NCBI GenBank assembly: GCA_963668695.2
Contig: CAXXLQ010000004.1
Location: 3,648,001-3,712,000 of the forward strand
DNA length: 64,000 nucleotides
Source of the DNA: Vicinamibacteria bacterium
GTDB taxonomy: Bacteria; Acidobacteriota; Vicinamibacteria; Marinacidobacterales; Marinacidobacteraceae
Reading direction: 5' to 3'
Position numbers and translations under genes: made by a program
Part shown: in pieces, positions 59,404-64,000 of the stretch
Layout: the number at the start of each line of letters is the position of its first letter
Position numbering within the stretch: the first letter of the stretch is position 1
Notes under the pieces: generated by a model
The model's database searches: none
Seen by the model: only the letters and a program-made list of their open reading frames with translations
Told to the model about the DNA's origin: nothing

Positions 59404-62400
59404 ATGGAAGAAACACCCCGCGGCGCACCGCCGACGCTGGACGGGCGAGAACCGCGCCAACCGGACGCGAAGCAACCGATGCTCGCAAGAACCATCGAAT
59501 GGTCGCTTCGGAACCGCCTGTTCGTCCTCGTGGCCACCATCTTCCTCGCGGTGGGCGGATTCCAGGCGCTCCGCGCAACGCCCCTCGACGCATTGCCCGA
59601 TCTGTCGGATGTCCAGGTGATCATCTTCACCGACTATCCGGGACAGGCGCCGCAGGTGGTGGAGGACCAGGTCACCTACCCGATCACCACCCAGATGCTC
59701 GCGGTTCCCTACGCCCAGGTGGTGCGCGGCTATTCGTTCTTCGGGTTTTCGTTCGTCTATGTGATTTTCGAGGACGGCACCGACCTCTACTGGGCGCGGA
59801 GCCGCGTTCTCGAGTACCTCAACTACGTCAGCGGGAGGCTGCCGGAGGGAGTCACTCCCACGCTCGGTCCCGACGCCAGCGGCGTTGGGTGGGCGTACAT
59901 GTACGCGCTGCGCTCCGAGGACAAGGACCTCGCCGAACTGCGGTCGCTCCAGGACTGGTTCCTCAAGTACGAACTCACCGCGGTGCCGGGAGTCTCCGAG
60001 GTAGCGAGCGTCGGCGGGTTCGTGCGGCAGTACCAGATCACCGTGGATCCGAACCGGCTACGCGCCTACAACATATCCCTCTCGCGAATTCGCGACGCCG
60101 TCCGGCGCAGTAACAGCGACGTGGGTGGAGGGGTGTTCGAGACGGCGGAGACCGAGTTCATGGTGCGGGGGGAGGGGTACATCACGGGGCTCGACGACGT
60201 CCGCAGCATCGCACTCGGGGTGGACGCATCCGGTACCCCGGTCACGGTGCAGGACGTTGCGACCGTGCAGTTCGGCCCGGAGATCCGGCGCGGCCTTGCC
60301 GAGCTGAACGGCGAGGGGGAAGTGGTCGGCGCCATCGTGGTCGTGCGGTCCGGCGAAAACGTGCACGAGGTGGTAACCCGGGTCAAGGCGCGGCTCGACG
60401 AACTGCGGCCCGGACTCCCGGCAGGAGTCGAGATCGTCCCGGTCTATGACCGGACGGTCCTGATCGAGAATTCCGTCGCCACCCTCCAGCGGAAGCTGCT
60501 CGAAGAAATGGCGATCGTCGCGCTGGTGTGCGCGGTGTTCCTGCTGCACCTGCGCTCCGCACTGGTCGCGGTCCTCACCTTGCCGCTCGCGGTGCTCATG
60601 GCCTTCATCGTGATGTACGTGCAGGGAGTCGGCGCCAACATCATGTCGCTCGGCGGCATCGCGATCGCCATCGGCGCCATGGTCGACGCGGCAATCGTGA
60701 TCGTCGAGAACGCCCACCGCCACCTCGAGCGCGACCGGGGCCGGATTCCCCACTGGCGGATCATCGCCCGCGCGTCCACCGAGGTGGGGCCGACTCTGTT
60801 CTTCGCGCTGCTGGTGATCACGATCTCCTTCGCGCCCATCTTCGCGCTGGAAGCACAGGAAGGCCGGCTCTTCCGGCCGCTCGCGTTCACCAAGACGTAC
60901 GCGATGGCCGCCGCCGCGCTGCTCTCCGTGACCGTGGTGCCGGTCCTCGCCGGGTACTGGATCCGCGGGCGCATCCGGCCGGCTCGCGACAATCCGATCA
61001 CCCGTGCCCTCATGGCGCTCTACCGGCCCCTGCTCCGGCGGGTCCTGGCGTGGCGCTGGGCCGTGCTCGCGCTGACCATCGCGGCGGCCGGCGTTACGGC
61101 GGTTCCCGCGTTGCGACTCGGCTCGGAGTTCATGCCGCCGCTCTGGGAAGGCGACCTGCTCTACATGCCGACCACCCTGCCCGGGGTTTCCATCACCAAG
61201 GCCCGCGAGATCCTCCAGGAGACGGACCAGATTCTCACGACCTTCCCCGAAGTGGAGCTGGTCTTCGGCAAGGTGGGCCGGGCCGAGACCGCGACGGATC
61301 CGGCGCCCCTGAGCATGATCGAAACGACGATCCTGCTGAAGCCGGAGGACGAGTGGCGGTCCGGGATGACCCCGGACCGGCTGATCGCGGAAATGGACGA
61401 CGCCATCCGCTTTCCGGGCCTGACGAACGCGTGGACCATGCCCATCAAGACCCGGATCGACATGTTGTCCACCGGCATCAAGACCCCGGTGGGGATCAAG
61501 CTCTCCGGCCCCGACCTCGCGGTCCTCGAAGAACTCGGCAGCCGGGTCGAAGCCGTGGTACGCGACGTACCCGGAACCCGGTCGGCCTACTCGGAGCGCG
61601 TCATGGGCGGCAACTACCTGAACTTCAAGATCCGGCGGGACGCCATCGCGCGCTACGGGCTGACGGTCGGGGACGTCCAGGACGTCATCCAGTCGGCGAT
61701 CGGCGGAATGAACATCACGACTACGGTGGAGGGGCTCGAGCGCTACCCCGTGAACCTCCGCTACCGCCGCGACCTTCGCGACAGCCCTGCCGATTTCGGA
61801 GACATCCTGGTCCAGACGCCGACGAAACAGCAGATTCCGCTTGCGTTTTTGGCGGACATGTCGTTCGTCAAGGGACCACCCGTCATCAAGAGCGAACAGT
61901 CGCGCCCGAATGCCTGGATCTATGTGGACATCGAGGACGTGGACATCGGGACCTACGTCGAGAACGCCCAGGCGGCGGTCGCCGCAGGCGTGGACATTCC
62001 CACCGGCTACAGCCTGCGGTGGAGCGGGCAATACGAGTTCATGCTGCGCGCCCGCAAACGCATGGAGATCATGATCCCGCTCACCCTGCTGCTGATCCTG
62101 CTGACCATCCAGATGAGCACCCGGTCGTTGCCCAGGACCCTGATCGTGGTTTCGGCGGTGCCGCTCTCGTTGATCGGCACCTTCTGGCTCCTCTACGCGC
62201 TCGACTACAACCTGAGCATCGCGGTCGGGGTGGGGATCATCGCGCTCGCCGGACTGAGCGCCGAGACCGGGGTCGTGATGCTGCTGTATCTGGACCGGGC
62301 CTGCGAAGAGGCCGGAACGGAGGGGCGCCTGACCAACCGCGCCGAACTGAGCGCGGCGGTTTTCGATGGAGCCGTCCGCCGGGTGCGGCCGGTCGCCATG

Positions 62401-62610
62401 CTGACCGCCACCACCGCGCTGGGCCTCCTGCCCATCATGTGGAGCACCGGCGCCGGATCCGACGTGATGAAGCGGATCGCCGCCCCCATGGTGGGCGGGG
62501 TGGTCACCGCGGCGCTGGTGGCGCTGGTGGTGTTTCCCGCGATCTACTTCATCTGGCGGGGATGGGGGTTGCCGCGGGCGGAAGATGGCGCCCTGGCGCC
62601 CGTGGAGTAA
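59404..62610 (+). CDS. cusA: CusA/SilA Cu(I)/Ag(I) RND efflux pump
   Basis: LDALPDLSDVQVII, YWARSRVLEYL, EFMPPL.EGDLLYMP, RIDMLSTG, MKRIAAPMVGG. Confidence 0.95.
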   Translation: MEETPRGAPPTLDGREPRQPDAKQPMLARTIEWSLRNRLFVLVATIFLAVGGFQALRATPLDALPDLSDVQVIIFTDYPGQAPQVVEDQVTYPITTQMLAVPYAQVVRGYSFFGFSFVYVIFEDGTDLYWARSRVLEYLNYVSGRLPEGVTPTLGPDASGVGWAYMYALRSEDKDLAELRSLQDWFLKYELTAVPGVSEVASVGGFVRQYQITVDPNRLRAYNISLSRIRDAVRRSNSDVGGGVFETAETEFMVRGEGYITGLDDVRSIALGVDASGTPVTVQDVATVQFGPEIRRGLAELNGEGEVVGAIVVVRSGENVHEVVTRVKARLDELRPGLPAGVEIVPVYDRTVLIENSVATLQRKLLEEMAIVALVCAVFLLHLRSALVAVLTLPLAVLMAFIVMYVQGVGANIMSLGGIAIAIGAMVDAAIVIVENAHRHLERDRGRIPHWRIIARASTEVGPTLFFALLVITISFAPIFALEAQEGRLFRPLAFTKTYAMAAAALLSVTVVPVLAGYWIRGRIRPARDNPITRALMALYRPLLRRVLAWRWAVLALTIAAAGVTAVPALRLGSEFMPPLWEGDLLYMPTTLPGVSITKAREILQETDQILTTFPEVELVFGKVGRAETATDPAPLSMIETTILLKPEDEWRSGMTPDRLIAEMDDAIRFPGLTNAWTMPIKTRIDMLSTGIKTPVGIKLSGPDLAVLEELGSRVEAVVRDVPGTRSAYSERVMGGNYLNFKIRRDAIARYGLTVGDVQDVIQSAIGGMNITTTVEGLERYPVNLRYRRDLRDSPADFGDILVQTPTKQQIPLAFLADMSFVKGPPVIKSEQSRPNAWIYVDIEDVDIGTYVENAQAAVAAGVDIPTGYSLRWSGQYEFMLRARKRMEIMIPLTLLLILLTIQMSTRSLPRTLIVVSAVPLSLIGTFWLLYALDYNLSIAVGVGIIALAGLSAETGVVMLLYLDRACEEAGTEGRLTNRAELSAAVFDGAVRRVRPVAMLTATTALGLLPIMWSTGAGSDVMKRIAAPMVGGVVTAALVALVVFPAIYFIWRGWGLPRAEDGALAPVE

Positions 62611-62627
62611 CGGCTCGGTGCCGTTAA

Positions 62628-62770
62628 CAGCCGGTGGTGAAACCCAGGCGGCGTTCGAGCGGCGATGCATCCCGGCTGAACCGCGCCGCTTTGCGGCGCT
62701 CGGCGTTGCGTTTCGGTCGAAATACACTCGGGCCAGTTCTCGTCACTCACCCGGGTTCCACCACAGGCTG
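62628..62770 (-). mobile_element. MITE copy N, internally deleted at a micro-insertion
   Basis: Flanks TTAA / TTGA; the core stops at ACTCGGG-CCAGTTCTC and jumps to CTCACCCGGGTTCC. Confidence 0.88.
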
Positions 62771-63628
62771 TTGAGCGGAACCTCCACCCGGCGCCGCGGC
62801 AGTGGCTGAAGAAGCAGGCAGCGCGAGCAGCCCGATCCCGGCGAGCACGGCGAGATCGACAAACAGGAGCGGCGCGAATGGCGGCGCTCCGTGCACGAAG
62901 GCCTCGAAGGGCCGCCCGCCGATGGCGCTGATTCCGGCGTCGAGGTGCAGCCAGAACCCGAGGAGTCCGACTCCAACCTGGAGCAGCAGAGTCAGACCCG
63001 CCAGACGCACGAGTCCCGCCGCCGGCGTCCGCCGCAACCCGACGAGGACCAGGCTCGATACCGCGAGCGCGGCCGCGACGACCGGGATCCACTCGGTCCA
63101 GTACGAAAAGCCGTTCTGCTCGTGGTCAAGGAGCGAGAGCAGGAAGTTGCCCCCGAATCCGCCGGCCGCGAACAGCGTCACCCGCTGGCCCCAACCGAAA
63201 TCGTCGACCGCTTCCCGGAACAAGCCGGTCCGGTTCACCAGTAGCAAGAACCCGATCCCGGCGTAGGCGAGCGGCGCCACGAACGGCGCCGCGTACACCA
63301 ATCCTTCGAGCGCGAAGCGGCGAAAGAAGGCGCTCTCGGGGTGCAGGATCGTGCCCCAGATCCCCACCCCGACCGACAGCGCCCCGATAGCTCCCCCAGC
63401 CCACCGCAGAGCGGGGGCACCGGGCCCGCGCCCGGTCGCGAGCAGCCCGAAGAGAACGAGACCACCGGCCAGCGAGAACCAGAGGGGGAGCCATTCCACG
63501 GGTTCGCGGAACGAGTTCACCGAGTGGGCCAAGAAGATGTCCACCGCCAGAAACAGCAGGTTCCCAGCGAGGAAGATCTCGAGCAGCAGGCGCCGGCGGT
63601 GGCGCAGTTTCGAGAGGGACGGGCTCAC
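62747..63628 (-). CDS. Hypothetical membrane protein with an internal duplication
   Basis: Two repeats of H..N.F....EW.P...G..LH......APxxAPL; the C-terminus and stop codon come from MITE N. Confidence 0.75.
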   Translation of the reverse strand: MSPSLSKLRHRRRLLLEIFLAGNLLFLAVDIFLAHSVNSFREPVEWLPLWFSLAGGLVLFGLLATGRGPGAPALRWAGGAIGALSVGVGIWGTILHPESAFFRRFALEGLVYAAPFVAPLAYAGIGFLLLVNRTGLFREAVDDFGWGQRVTLFAAGGFGGNFLLSLLDHEQNGFSYWTEWIPVVAAALAVSSLVLVGLRRTPAAGLVRLAGLTLLLQVGVGLLGFWLHLDAGISAIGGRPFEAFVHGAPPFAPLLFVDLAVLAGIGLLALPASSATAAAPGGGSAQQPVVEPG

Positions 63629-63680
63629 CGCGCCACCGGGACCATTTGGGGGAATCGTGGGCGGGAGGGCGCGACCCCGG

Positions 63681-64000
63681 TCACTCCCGGGAAAGTGCCG
63701 CGATCCGCTCCTCGATCTCGCTGAGCCGGTTCATCAGGTCGTAGGTCCCGTGCCACTGCACGAAGTCGGCGCCGTCCATGAACGCGCCGTGTTTCACCGT
63801 TCGACCGGCGTAGTGCCAGGCATCGAAGAAAAGGAAATCGAGCGGCTCGTCAAACGGCGCGTCGGTCAGCAGCCCGGCTTCTTCGACCTCGGCCATGCGC
63901 TCCATCAGCGCCGCCACCCGTTCGTTCGTAGCATCCACCACTCTTTCCGCCTCGGCGCAGAACTGCTTGATCTGGCTCTCCGCGTGGCACTTGAGGCAAA
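63681..64000 (-). CDS. C-terminus of a (multi)heme c cytochrome, HAO/octaheme-like
   Basis: CLKCH heme-binding motif at the window edge; WHYAGR..KHGAFMDGADFVQWHG. Partial. Confidence 0.7.
   Translation of the reverse strand, partial: CLKCHAESQIKQFCAEAERVVDATNERVAALMERMAEVEEAGLLTDAPFDEPLDFLFFDAWHYAGRTVKHGAFMDGADFVQWHGTYDLMNRLSEIEERIAALSRE

Overview
GC-rich bacterial chromosome segment. An ADOP-type permease remnant and several Na+-coupled transporters suggest a marine Acidobacteriota- or Gemmatimonadota-like organism (inference only). Ordinary content: peptide and amino-acid uptake (S9 peptidase, OPT-like transporter, polar amino-acid ABC system, PutP, NSS and AGCS symporters), hydantoinase and D-carbamoylase, an arylsulfatase, a K+-dependent membrane pyrophosphatase, DjlA, a reduced nuoABCDHIJK-N operon followed by a ferredoxin, and a CusCBA-type efflux system. 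Accessory content: five toxin-antitoxin loci (three with broken toxins, one with a likely inactivating substitution), a decayed XamI-type R-M locus, and an Eco29kI-family R-M cassette flanked by 343-bp direct repeats. The most striking signal is non-coding and nested. (1) A ~180-bp structured element occurs at 14 loci. Two copies have an exact 4-bp duplication (CTAA, TTAA) and most others have YTAR-like flanks. Its terminal stems covary between copies, and the mismatches are almost all G-U/G-T compatible on one strand only. (2) A short REP-like hairpin family is present. (3) An 18-19-bp micro-element (CCAGTTCTCCCGGTGGGG[G]) occurs about 25 times, with full-length copies seen only inside elements 1 and 2. 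No transposase, reverse transcriptase, tRNA, rRNA or CRISPR-Cas genes were recognised. All coordinates and alignments were read by eye, and no database searches were run.
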